Assembly: GCA_964445525.1 (NCBI GenBank)
Contig: CAYULA010000014.1
Location: forward strand, 10,492 to 74,491
Direction: 5' to 3'
Origin: an uncultured Thermoplasmatales archaeon
GTDB taxonomy: Archaea; Thermoplasmatota; Penumbrarchaeia; Penumbrarchaeales; Penumbrarchaeaceae
DNA length: 64,000 bases
Under the pieces are notes generated by a model. The model searched no databases and had not been told where the DNA came from. It saw only the letters and a program-made list of their open reading frames with translations. A program made the position numbers and the translations under genes. Positions within the stretch are counted from its first letter, which is position 1, and each line of letters begins with the position of its first letter. Shown here piece after piece: positions 9,373-18,951 of the stretch.

Positions 9373-9735
9373 ATGAAAGAGCTCTCGGCTGTCAAGCTGG
9401 TTGTGAACAAATCCAGATTCTATTCTCATCTTTACAGGATATCGGGACCGGAGAAGGTTGAAGAGATCCTCAAGGAACATAGAAGGAAGTACAAGAAGGC
9501 GAACCATCACTGCTATGCTTTCAAGTTCAAGGAAGAGGAATCCTTCAAGAACGACGGAGAGGTGGGCCATCCCGGACAGGCACTTCTTGAGATATTGAAA
9601 AGGGAGGATCTCGATTCCCACTGTCTCATGGTTTCCAGAATATTCGGCGGAAGGAAGCTGGGAGTGGGAGGTGTAACAAGAGCTTTCAAGGAGGCAGCTG
9701 ACGGATCCATCGAGGAGCTGAGATCACATTCTTGA
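9373..9735 (+). CDS. YigZ/IMPACT-family (UPF0029) N-terminal-domain protein
   Basis: 120 aa. KSRFYSHLYRI, ANHHCYAF, NDGEVGHPGQALLEIL and VSRIFGGRKLGVGGVTRAF match the UPF0029 signature blocks. Confidence 0.75.
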   Translation: MKELSAVKLVVNKSRFYSHLYRISGPEKVEEILKEHRRKYKKANHHCYAFKFKEEESFKNDGEVGHPGQALLEILKREDLDSHCLMVSRIFGGRKLGVGGVTRAFKEAADGSIEELRSHS

Positions 9736-10851
9736 CCAGATCTCCCTGTATTCCCCGTAGATCTCCTCTGCGAGATCGTCCCAGGTCGGAAGGGAATCCA
9801 GGAATTTCTTGCCGCCTTTTCCGAGCTTCTCCCTGAGGTCCGGGTCGTTTGCCAGTTCGAGTACGGCATCCGCGAAGAGATCCGGCCTTTTTGTGGGAAG
9901 AAGCCTTCCATTAACTCCGTCCTCGATGAGTTCAGGAGTTCCGCCGGCGGCTGTTGCGATCACGGGCCTCTCGAACTGGAAGGATTCGAGAATCACTCTG
10001 GGATTCCCCTCGTCAGAGACTGAGGATAAAACCAGTATATCGCTTCCGGCCATCATCTTCAGTACATCGGAGTATTCCGGAAGGAATCCCCTGAGTGTTG
10101 TATTTGTGAGATCGTTCTTCTTTATATATTCCTGAAGATCGTCCCACATTCCTCCCTCTCCGACAATGGTAAGGTGAATGGAGGGATCCTTCTCTTTCAG
10201 TATCTTCATTGATTTGAGGAGGTAGTCAACTCCTTTGTAAGGTCTCAAAGCGCTGAAACAGACCAGTTCCACGGGTCCTCTGTGATGATGGGGTTTGGGG
10301 GTTATTGATTTCTTATCCTTTTCGGGAACGTCAGGATTGAGGGAGGGATAGGTTATGATCCTGTTCTTTTCAACACCGAAGGAGATCAGCTGGTCTCTTA
10401 TGGAGGTTCCCGTTGACACGTATTTGGTGACCTTCCCCATATGAATATTGTAGGGAGGATCGGACATGTCCTGAACCTCCTTTATCATCTCCTGTCCGAC
10501 CATCCTCGAAAAGAGCGATATGAGGTATCCGTAAGCTCCGCATGCATGAGCGTGGATTATCATCTTTCCGTATTTCAGTCTGAACCTTATGAGCTGGATG
10601 AAGGTAACCGGAGGAAGGATGAGATACCTGATTACGGGATTTGCGTCATGGAGGAACGGCTGGATACGGTATATGGTGATATTCCCATTTCTTTCAACGG
10701 TCTTTGCCTCGCTGTTCCTGCATGAGTAGACTATGAAATCCACCCTGTCTTCCAATCTCCTCATGAGATTTGAGAAGTATGTGGATGCTCCTCCCTGCCG
10801 GGGAAGGTAAACTGGTGATCCGATCAAGACCTTCGGTCGCTTCTCCTTCAT
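9724..10851 (-). CDS. GT4-family (GT-B) glycosyltransferase
   Basis: 375 aa with the C-terminal GT4 motif EGNPRVILESFQFERPVIATAAGGTPELIEDGVNGRLL. It overlaps the convergent gene by 12 nt. Confidence 0.85.
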   Translation of the reverse strand: MKEKRPKVLIGSPVYLPRQGGASTYFSNLMRRLEDRVDFIVYSCRNSEAKTVERNGNITIYRIQPFLHDANPVIRYLILPPVTFIQLIRFRLKYGKMIIHAHACGAYGYLISLFSRMVGQEMIKEVQDMSDPPYNIHMGKVTKYVSTGTSIRDQLISFGVEKNRIITYPSLNPDVPEKDKKSITPKPHHHRGPVELVCFSALRPYKGVDYLLKSMKILKEKDPSIHLTIVGEGGMWDDLQEYIKKNDLTNTTLRGFLPEYSDVLKMMAGSDILVLSSVSDEGNPRVILESFQFERPVIATAAGGTPELIEDGVNGRLLPTKRPDLFADAVLELANDPDLREKLGKGGKKFLDSLPTWDDLAEEIYGEYREIWSRM

Positions 10852-11004
10852 CTGTGAGCACCCTGGAGCTTCTGTTCTATGATATGTTGTTATTTAACCG
10901 TTTGCAGGCAGCAGATGTTTGGAGATAATAATTGCGATATTCGGTCTACCCTCCCCGGCTCTGCCTTAAATCCTATACGAACCCATTTTTCCAGTGGAGA
11001 TCAT

Positions 11005-11202
11005 ATGGACCTCTTCTACAGGTGTGAAAGGTGTTCCATGGAAGATGTTTGGCGCATCAGGGTCCATGGAACAAGACCCATGGCAAGGACAATGATCAGT
11101 GATGTCAGGTGTCCTGTTTGCGGAGGTTCCATGGAGGAAACCGGATTCGATGCGGTATTCAATGTACAGGATCTCAGGGGGAAGTTCATTGCGGCAAGAT
11201 GA
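11005..11202 (+). CDS. small 4-Cys zinc-ribbon protein
   Basis: ATG at 11005 gives 65 aa with CERC...CPVC (CxxC-x25-CxxC). The longer ORF starting at 10879 lacks any recognisable N-terminal feature. Confidence 0.4.
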   Translation: MDLFYRCERCSMEDVWRIRVHGTRPMARTMISDVRCPVCGGSMEETGFDAVFNVQDLRGKFIAAR

Positions 11203-11422
11203 TCAATTCAGGGATGGTTTTCCGAATATTCTGGATCCAAAGACCGTTTCACTTGTGAATATCGGCATCATGACCGCACTGGGGCTGAACCAGGGTCTGC
11301 CTCTTCAAATTGCATTGGCCCGTGACGCGGGAGCACTAAGGGACGAGATAATCAGCGCAATGATGATGGGTCTGCCGGGTAAAAGGGAAGAGGTATTGGA
11401 GGGATACGAGAGGTCCACCTGA
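11189..11422 (+). CDS. AhpD/carboxymuconolactone-decarboxylase-like domain protein lacking catalytic Cys/His (possible remnant)
   Basis: ILDPKTVSLVNIGIMTALGLNQGLPLQIALARDAGALRDEII resembles the CMD-family helix pair, but the CxxC/H positions are not conserved. A candidate TTG start at 11189 follows AGGGGGA. The start is uncertain. Confidence 0.35.
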   Translation: MRQDDQFRDGFPNILDPKTVSLVNIGIMTALGLNQGLPLQIALARDAGALRDEIISAMMMGLPGKREEVLEGYERST

Positions 11423-11459
11423 TCTCAATCCTATTAAATGAAATTGTACATGACCGAGC

Positions 11460-11738
11460 ATGTTCCACGTTGTTATCGGGTGGATAGGCGCTTTTCTTTT
11501 TGCGGTCTGCGCGGTTCCCCAGGTTGTGAAGACATGGAGATCGAAATCCGCCTCTGATCTGTCATGGTTATTCCTTCTTTTCTGGCTTTTCGGGGAGCTT
11601 CTTACCCTCATCTATATCCTGATTGATGATTATATCGAGTCGATCACCCATTTCCCACTCTACATCAATTACGCTTTCAACACGGTCCTTGTTCTCTACC
11701 TGATATATGCAAAAAGCTTTTACGGCAGGTCTGCCTGA
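11460..11738 (+). CDS. SemiSWEET / PQ-loop family 3-TM transporter
   Basis: 92 aa with three predicted TM helices. The PQ-loop signature is AFLFAVCAVPQVVKTWRSKSASDLS. Confidence 0.8.
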   Translation: MFHVVIGWIGAFLFAVCAVPQVVKTWRSKSASDLSWLFLLFWLFGELLTLIYILIDDYIESITHFPLYINYAFNTVLVLYLIYAKSFYGRSA

Positions 11739-11821
11739 TTTTCCCTTCCGAAGACTCAGTATCCAACCTATTAATACCCAAAGCTGTATAACGGACCAAT
11801 CAAGACGGATGGGAAAGTCGG

Positions 11822-12472
11822 ATGGAAGCATTGACAATACTGATACTATGCGGTGCCGGGCTCATACTGCTGATCGCCTATCTGATGTATAGAATAGGTT
11901 CATACAAAAAAAAGATACAGGTAAAGGACTCCGCAGGTGAGATATCCCTTCTGGAAAAAGAAAGAAAACCCGACGCAAGAAACAACAATATCATCGAAAC
12001 CCCGACAATACCCGAGGGAGAGGTTCTGATAATACTCCACAAGGGGAATTCCAGGCCGTGGAGGAAAGCCGTCAGGAATAAATTGAGGGAAGGCAGAAGG
12101 GGGGTAATAATTACAATGAGGGATCCTTCCCAATTGAGGTCCTCCTTCAAGGGAGATGTCAGATTCATATGGCTTGACAGGTCAACCGCTCATAATTTGG
12201 GTAAGAATATAACCGTTGTCAATCCCACAAATCTGTCAAAATTACTTCAGGAGATCCAGGCATCCACGAAAAAAGAAGGCCTGGTATTGTTCAGGGGATT
12301 CGAGGATCTGCTTTCCTCCAACGATGCATCCAGGGTTATAAGGTTCTTGAAGATGCTTGACGAGTCCTGCAGGAAGGGGAATTTTTCCACTATTGTCCCC
12401 GCGCCTTACAAGGCGGTCCCGCAGAGGATCCGGGTGCAGCTCACGGAAGGTTTCGAGACGGTGGTGATCTGA
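11822..12472 (+). CDS. DUF835-like membrane-anchored protein
   Basis: 216 aa with an N-terminal TM helix (ILILCGAGLILLIAYLMY). The C-terminal domain has the DUF835-like blocks GVIITMRDP, RFIWLDRS, VNPTNLSKLL, LVLFRGFEDLL and VIRFLKMLDE. Confidence 0.65.
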   Translation: MEALTILILCGAGLILLIAYLMYRIGSYKKKIQVKDSAGEISLLEKERKPDARNNNIIETPTIPEGEVLIILHKGNSRPWRKAVRNKLREGRRGVIITMRDPSQLRSSFKGDVRFIWLDRSTAHNLGKNITVVNPTNLSKLLQEIQASTKKEGLVLFRGFEDLLSSNDASRVIRFLKMLDESCRKGNFSTIVPAPYKAVPQRIRVQLTEGFETVVI

Positions 12473-12473
12473 A

Positions 12474-15056
12474 TTGGCCTCGGAAGGACCATCACATCTG
12501 ACAGTTGATAGAAAGATACTGCTCCACCTGTTCGAGGTGAAGCACTCGGAGATGGATTTCGAGGTTCCCCAGAGCGTGGTCCAGGACGGGATCGCCGAAG
12601 CCGTATCCATCAGAAGGGACAATATCCCCAGAACCATGAAGAAGTTGAAAGAGGAGGATCTGGTATACGATGTCCTCAAGAGGATCAAGGGCCTCCCCAG
12701 GAAGAGGAAGGCATATTTTCTCACAGACAAGGGATTGGATTTTGCAAAGCAGGTGAAAGACGAGATAGGATATCACAAGGTTTTTCTTCAGTTATCCGAC
12801 GGATCGCTGAAGGAGATATACATGAAGGATGTGACAGGCTATTTGAGCGTTAATATTTCGTTAATTGACCTGCATCAGCTTGTCAACAACGATAATCTTC
12901 TGACGGAGAAGCAGATAAGATCCTTCCTTTCCGATGAGAGCGAGACACCCAACAGGATTGGTTCGGAGGGTTTTGTTTCCTTTCTACAGGACGTGCCAAT
13001 GCCCAAAAGATTCTTCGGCAGGGATGAGGAGCTGTTGATGATTCACCACTGGCTGGAGGAAGAAGGCGGGTCGATTCTTTCAATAACGGGTATAGCCGGA
13101 ATAGGGAAGACAACTCTTGCTGCCAAGGCCATAAAGGAGTCGGAGGGAAACATGCATGTCATGTGGTACAGGTTCCACCGCTGGGATTCCCTGAGAAACG
13201 TCCTGTTTTCGATTGCCAGGTTTCTGGACCAGATGGGGAGGTCGGGATTGAAGACCTACCTGGATTCAAATACCCGGCTGGACAGCAGGGAGTATTATTC
13301 CATAATCGAGTCATCTTTCAAGGACACCCCCATTTTCATGGTTTTCGACGATTTCCAGAGGGCGGCCGATGAGATAGTGGATTTCTTTTCCAACCTGAAG
13401 GAGATTGTTCCCCAGATGGAAGAGCTGAAGATCATTGTGGTGGGGAGGCAGGTGTTTCCCTTCTACGACAGGTCCGATGTCATGGTGAAGGGGATCGTCA
13501 AGGAACTGAACCTTACCGGTCTTGATAGAGAGAGCTGCAGGGGATTGCTCAAGATAAGGAACGTGAATGAGGACCTGTTCGACAAGGTATACGAGATAAC
13601 GAAAGGTCACCCCCTGTTCCTGCAACTGATATTATCCGCAGAGGACCTGGAGGATCAGAAGGATATCAAGAGATACATCTACGAGGAGATCTTCAAGAAA
13701 CTGGATTCCAGAGCCTCACTTTTGCTTCAGATAGCCTCTGTTTACAGATATCCCGTTCCTTCCGAGGCGTTTTTCATGGAGGAGGGACTGGATTTCACCA
13801 CGCTCGACAAGCTGGTGGAATCCAATCTTATCCAGGAGACCTCCTATGACGAGTACGAGGCGCATGATCTGATCAAGGAGTTCTTCTACAATCGGCTGAC
13901 CCCCCAACAGAAGACGGAATACCACAGGAAGGCCGCCGATCATTACATGGAGACCGGAAATGAGAGAGCCACCGTGGAGGCGATGTATCACATGGCAATG
14001 GGTGGACAGCCGGTCAAAGCTCTGAAACTGGCATCCACCTACGGGGAGTCGATCATCACCAAGGGTCTGATAGAGCAGTTTTCCTCCGTTCTATCACTTC
14101 TTGAAAAGGAGATAAGCGAGGAGACCAGGGAGTACAATGCGACAACCAGATTGTTGCAGGGCGAGCTCCAGATGGTAATGGGAAGATGGGACCGTGCACA
14201 ATCCGATCTGACAAGAGCTGCAGCAATCGGTGAGGCCGAGAACAAGCCCTTGATTTCGGGAAAGGCCAATCTCAGATTGGGCCAGATAGAGTCAAGAAGG
14301 GGAAAGAAGGAGGCAGCCGAGAAGAGGCTCCATAAGGCGTTGAAAATTGCCAGGAAGCTACAGAACAAGGAAGAGATGGCAAAAGCCCTTCAGGCCCTTG
14401 GAGAGCTCTATTCCACAAAGGGGGAATTCCGGGAGGCCAAGAAGAATCTCAGGGAGGCCCTTGAGATAGCAGAAGAGCTCGAAAACCCCACTCTTGAAGC
14501 GATCTCCCATACGGGTCTGGGTATCATTCATTCGAATCAGGACAAACCCGATCTGGCCATCGATCAGTTCGAGAAGGCTATCATGGCTCTGGAAACGGAC
14601 GAAAACGCACTGGAGCTTGCACGTGTCAAGATCAATACGGGCACAGTTCAAGCCTCTACCGGGGAGTACGAGGAGGCCATAGCCAATTTCGAGGATGCCA
14701 TAGAACTTTGCAATCAGACAGGGGATATCAGACTGCAAGCATATGCGCTTGCGGGAGCGGCTCATGTATACATAATGGACAATGAGCCCGAGACAGCCAG
14801 GGATTATCTCGAGGAAGCACTCAGTATCTTCACCAGTATGGGAGAGAGATACAAGATCGCAATGGTCAACCTGGATATGGGAAGACTTCATCTTCTGAAG
14901 AAGGAATACAATCAGATGAGAAAGGACCTTGACCTCTCCCTTTCCATTCTGGAGGAACTGAATCTGCCTTTCTATTATTCCAAGGTGAAAAGCGAGATAG
15001 TGAAGATGCTTGAATCCAAGGGAAGATTCAAGGAAGCAAAGAGATACTCGTCCTAG
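12474..15056 (+). CDS. wHTH - STAND/AAA NTPase - TPR regulator-like protein
   Basis: 860 aa with a TTG start 1 nt after the DUF835 stop. It has an N-terminal winged helix (RKILLHLFE...PRKRKAYFLTDKG), Walker A ITGIAGIGKTTLAAKA, Walker B IFMVFDDFQ and a C-terminal ~350 aa of TPR-like repeats. Confidence 0.8.
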   Translation: MASEGPSHLTVDRKILLHLFEVKHSEMDFEVPQSVVQDGIAEAVSIRRDNIPRTMKKLKEEDLVYDVLKRIKGLPRKRKAYFLTDKGLDFAKQVKDEIGYHKVFLQLSDGSLKEIYMKDVTGYLSVNISLIDLHQLVNNDNLLTEKQIRSFLSDESETPNRIGSEGFVSFLQDVPMPKRFFGRDEELLMIHHWLEEEGGSILSITGIAGIGKTTLAAKAIKESEGNMHVMWYRFHRWDSLRNVLFSIARFLDQMGRSGLKTYLDSNTRLDSREYYSIIESSFKDTPIFMVFDDFQRAADEIVDFFSNLKEIVPQMEELKIIVVGRQVFPFYDRSDVMVKGIVKELNLTGLDRESCRGLLKIRNVNEDLFDKVYEITKGHPLFLQLILSAEDLEDQKDIKRYIYEEIFKKLDSRASLLLQIASVYRYPVPSEAFFMEEGLDFTTLDKLVESNLIQETSYDEYEAHDLIKEFFYNRLTPQQKTEYHRKAADHYMETGNERATVEAMYHMAMGGQPVKALKLASTYGESIITKGLIEQFSSVLSLLEKEISEETREYNATTRLLQGELQMVMGRWDRAQSDLTRAAAIGEAENKPLISGKANLRLGQIESRRGKKEAAEKRLHKALKIARKLQNKEEMAKALQALGELYSTKGEFREAKKNLREALEIAEELENPTLEAISHTGLGIIHSNQDKPDLAIDQFEKAIMALETDENALELARVKINTGTVQASTGEYEEAIANFEDAIELCNQTGDIRLQAYALAGAAHVYIMDNEPETARDYLEEALSIFTSMGERYKIAMVNLDMGRLHLLKKEYNQMRKDLDLSLSILEELNLPFYYSKVKSEIVKMLESKGRFKEAKRYSS

Positions 15057-16330
15057 GAGAACATTCCTTCCGGAGCCTCGGAGGGTTCCTGTTCTTCCCT
15101 TCTGCCCCTGATCTTTTCCAGGGCGGAGAAAATATCATCACTGCTAATGGACCTGTGATTTCTCCTTATTGCAAACATACCGGCTTCCGTGCAGAGGCTC
15201 CTGAGGTCCGCGCCCGAGAGGTCCTCCGTTCTTCTTGCCAATTCCTTGAGATCCACCTTCTTTGCAAGCTTCATGCCCTTGGTATGTATCCCGAGGATCT
15301 TCTCTCTTCCCTTTTCATCCGGAAGAGGTACCTTGATAATCCTGTCGAATCTGCCAGGCCGCATCAGGGCCTCGTCGAGAATATCCTTTCTGTTGGTTGC
15401 CGCCATTATGCCGATTTCGGACAGAGCGTGGAATCCGTCCATTTCGGCCAGAAGCTGCATAAGTGTTCGCTGCACTTCCCTGTCTCCAGTGGTGTCCATT
15501 CCTAGCCTCTTGGCTCCGATGGCATCCAGTTCGTCGATGAATATTATGCAGGGTTTCTTTTCCTTTGCCATCTGGAAAAGCTCCCTCACCAGTCTTCCTC
15601 CCTCTCCGATGAATTTCTGGACCAGTTCGGACCCGACCATTCTTATGAAGGTGCATTCGGCTGAATTTGCCACTGCTTTTGCAAGAAGTGTCTTTCCCGT
15701 ACCAGGTGCCCCGACCAATAATACTCCGGATGGGGGATTGATCCCGATCTTCTTGAAGAGATTGGGATTTTTGAGTGGGAGCTCAACGGTCTCCTTTACT
15801 TCGTTTATTACTTCGTCAAGGCCGCCTATGTCTCTGTAGGTGACCGTGGGCCTCTCTATCAGCTCCGATCCCATTATGATGGGATCCTTGCCCTTTGTCA
15901 AGGCCCTCATTATCACGAGGTTGTTGCGGTCCAGACCAACCCTGACACCAACGTCGAGTTCGGAGAAATCGACGTCTTCTGAGGAGGTCGTGATGAATGT
16001 CTGGCCGGTTCCGTTCTTGATTATTATTTCATCTTCGGAGAGGACCTCCACTATCTCTCCTATGAGCATGGGAGGCTTCATTACATCGTCCAGTTGCTTC
16101 TTGAGGAGGTTTCTTTCTCTCCTGACCATGTTGAGCTCGTCGTAGGCTGCGGAGAGTTCGCGCTTGTATGCTTCCCTTTCGAGGTTCCCGGTATACTCCA
16201 TGGACCTTATCTGCCCCTTGAGTATCTTGATCTCCTCCCTCAAACTGTCGAGTTCCTGGACCAAGACATCAACGTCCTCCTTGTTTTTTACCGTGGGGGA
16301 GACCTTCTCCTCGTTTTCGGTGGACGACAT
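15053..16330 (-). CDS. pan: proteasome-activating nucleotidase (PAN, AAA+ ATPase)
   Basis: 425 aa with an N-terminal coiled coil, an OB region, Walker A GVLLVGAPGTGKTLLAKAVA, Walker B IIFIDELDA and ATNRKDILDEALMRPGRFDR. Confidence 0.9.
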   Translation of the reverse strand: MSSTENEEKVSPTVKNKEDVDVLVQELDSLREEIKILKGQIRSMEYTGNLEREAYKRELSAAYDELNMVRRERNLLKKQLDDVMKPPMLIGEIVEVLSEDEIIIKNGTGQTFITTSSEDVDFSELDVGVRVGLDRNNLVIMRALTKGKDPIIMGSELIERPTVTYRDIGGLDEVINEVKETVELPLKNPNLFKKIGINPPSGVLLVGAPGTGKTLLAKAVANSAECTFIRMVGSELVQKFIGEGGRLVRELFQMAKEKKPCIIFIDELDAIGAKRLGMDTTGDREVQRTLMQLLAEMDGFHALSEIGIMAATNRKDILDEALMRPGRFDRIIKVPLPDEKGREKILGIHTKGMKLAKKVDLKELARRTEDLSGADLRSLCTEAGMFAIRRNHRSISSDDIFSALEKIRGRREEQEPSEAPEGMFS

Positions 16331-16418
16331 CTTAAACCTCCGATATTTCTTCCCTTACGTGGGTTGTGTAAAAAAAAGTTCCTATGGGATTCCCGGGGAA
16401 TTGTATGATATTATTGTA

Positions 16419-17549
16419 CTATATTGTCAAATTTCCGTTTTTCATGATAATTTCTTCGAAACCTTCCCCGGTGACCGTAATCGTGGGTTCCTTTATCAAT
16501 CCGTCAAGGTGGATTAGTGCTCTTGCATCGTTGTCATAATTGGCACCGATCGCTATATGGCAGGTCCCGTATACCTTTTCATCCTCCAGCATGTTTCCGA
16601 TTATGGTTGCTGAGGGATTCAGGCCGATACCGAGTTCTCCCAGGTTGTTCGTGTTCTGTCTGTAATGGTCGAGCTGGTCTTGGGGTATCTTTCCTTCCTT
16701 GACGAAGTTTTCCGTGGTCTCCTTTGCTCTGGAGATGGTCTCCCTCAGCTTATCGGCTTCGTCTTTTCCGCTGATCGTGGTGACAAAGCCACCATCAACA
16801 TCGCATTCGATGGGGTTTTCTATGATTATTATGCCTTTATCCGAGGCTATGGACCCGTCGAAGACAATCTTTCCCCTGGAAGCTCCCAGTTCCGGAGAGA
16901 TGAAAGTTTCTCCGGCAGGGAGGTTGCCCCCGTCTCCCGGGGAGGAGAAGTCACCGTCGTCGGTCTTTGCTTCCCTGTTGTTTATACCTATGGTGATGTC
17001 GGTTCCGGAGGGAGCCTTAATATGCACATTGTGACCCCTGTCAAGGATCTCTTTTATCTTTTTGCAATTGTTTTTGAGTTCTTCGTAATCTATGGGAACC
17101 GTCCTGATGAACATGTCCTCGGTCACCGAAGGCGACCAGAAGGATCTGGATATTTTCTCTCCGAGTAGATAGTTGAAGTAGTGATCGTAGGTATTGTCTC
17201 CCACTGTTATTGGAGTCTTTATAGCTTCGGGATCCTTGCCGAGCTTTTCCTCGGAGATGGAGATGAGGACCTCCGGCTCTGACCTTATGGCCGAGAGTAC
17301 CTCCGGTGATGCCATATCAAGCTGAGATTTGACAGGCTGGATCATCAATACGGGATTTGACTCCAGTTCTTCGGATGCCTTGAAGAGGGCCTTGGAGATC
17401 CTCGAGACGTCTCTCGAAGGGTTCGTTATGATGAGGACCCTGTCGTCCTTCTTGATCTTCATGACATCTTTCATGGCAACCCTGGCAGCCTTCATGAGGT
17501 CTTCGGAGAGGACCTCTGAATTGTTCTCTTTCACTCTTTTTCCCTCCAT
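16419..17549 (-). CDS. M29-family (AmpS/aminopeptidase T-like) aminopeptidase
   Basis: 376 aa with COG2309-like blocks (MKAARVAMKDVMKIKKDDRVLIITNP; CHIAIGANYD...IHLDGLI). Confidence 0.75.
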   Translation of the reverse strand: MEGKRVKENNSEVLSEDLMKAARVAMKDVMKIKKDDRVLIITNPSRDVSRISKALFKASEELESNPVLMIQPVKSQLDMASPEVLSAIRSEPEVLISISEEKLGKDPEAIKTPITVGDNTYDHYFNYLLGEKISRSFWSPSVTEDMFIRTVPIDYEELKNNCKKIKEILDRGHNVHIKAPSGTDITIGINNREAKTDDGDFSSPGDGGNLPAGETFISPELGASRGKIVFDGSIASDKGIIIIENPIECDVDGGFVTTISGKDEADKLRETISRAKETTENFVKEGKIPQDQLDHYRQNTNNLGELGIGLNPSATIIGNMLEDEKVYGTCHIAIGANYDNDARALIHLDGLIKEPTITVTGEGFEEIIMKNGNLTI

Positions 17550-17602
17550 TTTATTCCTTAATACAGCGTTAAGGGAAAGAAAGGTTTTCCATTTTTTGGC
17601 CT
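17381..17602. repeat. direct repeat copy A (5' end and upstream region of the aminopeptidase gene)
   Basis: Aligns by eye with 19029..19240. The core tccttcttgatcttcatgacatctttcatggcaaccctggcagccttcatgaggtcttcggagaggacctc is identical in both copies, and both end in ggttttccatttttt(g)gcct. Confidence 0.85.
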
Positions 17603-17643
17603 AAAATGGCAAGAGCTTCTATGACGGATAAAATACACAGTTT

Positions 17644-18912
17644 TCACATATCCAGAAGGAAGCTCCAAAGAGATCTTATATTGACATCACCAGGTCCTTC
17701 CTCTTCTCCTGTCCAGGTTATTATAGTTTTTTTCATATGAGGATCCGCTACGGGGAATTTTCCAAATGGTGTGAACTCCCTTTTCAGGTTATTGGGTACC
17801 AGTCTGTTGGTAACTTGAATCAGCTCCACAGGATCCTCATTTTGACATACAACAAAATCTACCTCGTAACCGTTGCTTCTCCAGTAGAAGATCTTCGCAG
17901 AAGAACTGTCCGAGGTCCTCCTCATCAGCTCCAATAGAACCGCATTCTCCATCTCTCTCCCTATCTGTTCACCGGTCATGTTAACAGCAATACCGGTGTC
18001 TGGAAGGTATACTTTCGGTATGGAAAGATCGGATGTTTTCTCCGATCTGGAATATTTTCTGAGCAATACCGCAAATCCCGCGTCCTCCAGATGAGATAGG
18101 TACTGATATAGCGTTTTCTTTGATCCTTCATATCTCATTGAAGTCCAGGTCCTGTGTAGTTTGTTCACCGAAAGCTCCTTTGAGTAGGAGGCAATAATAT
18201 TCCTTATCAGGAACTTGAGCAAAGCCAGGTTCGAGATGCCGTACCTCTCAACTAGGTCTCGATATATTACAAGATCCAAATAATCACCATAGAATCTCTG
18301 TCGCAGGCCAGGCTCTTTTATGATCCCGGGAAAGGAACCTTTGTGCAGGTATTCCTCCAGGGCTCTTCTAATCGATATAATGTTTCTTGTACCGAGATTA
18401 CTCGGGATTTTTATATCCTTGAACGAGAGGTATTCCCTGAAGGACAATGGATACAGGGCCTGTTTCAAGGATCTTCCCCTGAGTGAGGTATCTATCTCCT
18501 TTGCAAGCAGCTTCGAACTCGAACCGGTGAGAAAGATGTTGAACCTCTTCTTCTCGTACAGGGAAATGACAGCTTTCTCCCATTTTTCAATTCTCTGGGG
18601 CTCATCGAAAATGATGGTATCGGGTTCCTTTCCAAAGATCTCCTCAAATATGGAAACCGAATCAAATATATCCTTGGCAGTCCAATCTTCAAGCTGGATG
18701 TCATCGAAATTGAGATAGAGGACCGTTTCAAGGTCCATTTCTCTGACCATGTCCAGGAAAACATATGATTTCCCAGCCCTCCTTGGTCCGTATACGACCT
18801 GAATAAATTCCCTTGTGGGTATCAATTGGATATTCCTTTTCCTGATCTCAATATTTTTGATATCCTCTCTCTTGTCGATAAGATACTTCTCCATGGAATC
18901 CCTATCAATCAT
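17644..18912 (-). CDS. COG1373-type AAA+ ATPase (AAA_14 + DUF4143)
   Basis: 422 aa with Walker A YGPRRAGKSYVFLDM and Walker B TIIFDEPQRI. The C-terminal region is typical of the DUF4143 archaeal ATPase family. Confidence 0.8.
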   Translation of the reverse strand: MIDRDSMEKYLIDKREDIKNIEIRKRNIQLIPTREFIQVVYGPRRAGKSYVFLDMVREMDLETVLYLNFDDIQLEDWTAKDIFDSVSIFEEIFGKEPDTIIFDEPQRIEKWEKAVISLYEKKRFNIFLTGSSSKLLAKEIDTSLRGRSLKQALYPLSFREYLSFKDIKIPSNLGTRNIISIRRALEEYLHKGSFPGIIKEPGLRQRFYGDYLDLVIYRDLVERYGISNLALLKFLIRNIIASYSKELSVNKLHRTWTSMRYEGSKKTLYQYLSHLEDAGFAVLLRKYSRSEKTSDLSIPKVYLPDTGIAVNMTGEQIGREMENAVLLELMRRTSDSSSAKIFYWRSNGYEVDFVVCQNEDPVELIQVTNRLVPNNLKREFTPFGKFPVADPHMKKTIITWTGEEEGPGDVNIRSLWSFLLDM

Positions 18913-18951
18913 ATGTGGTTACAAAGAACTCCATATGATAAATATATTGCG

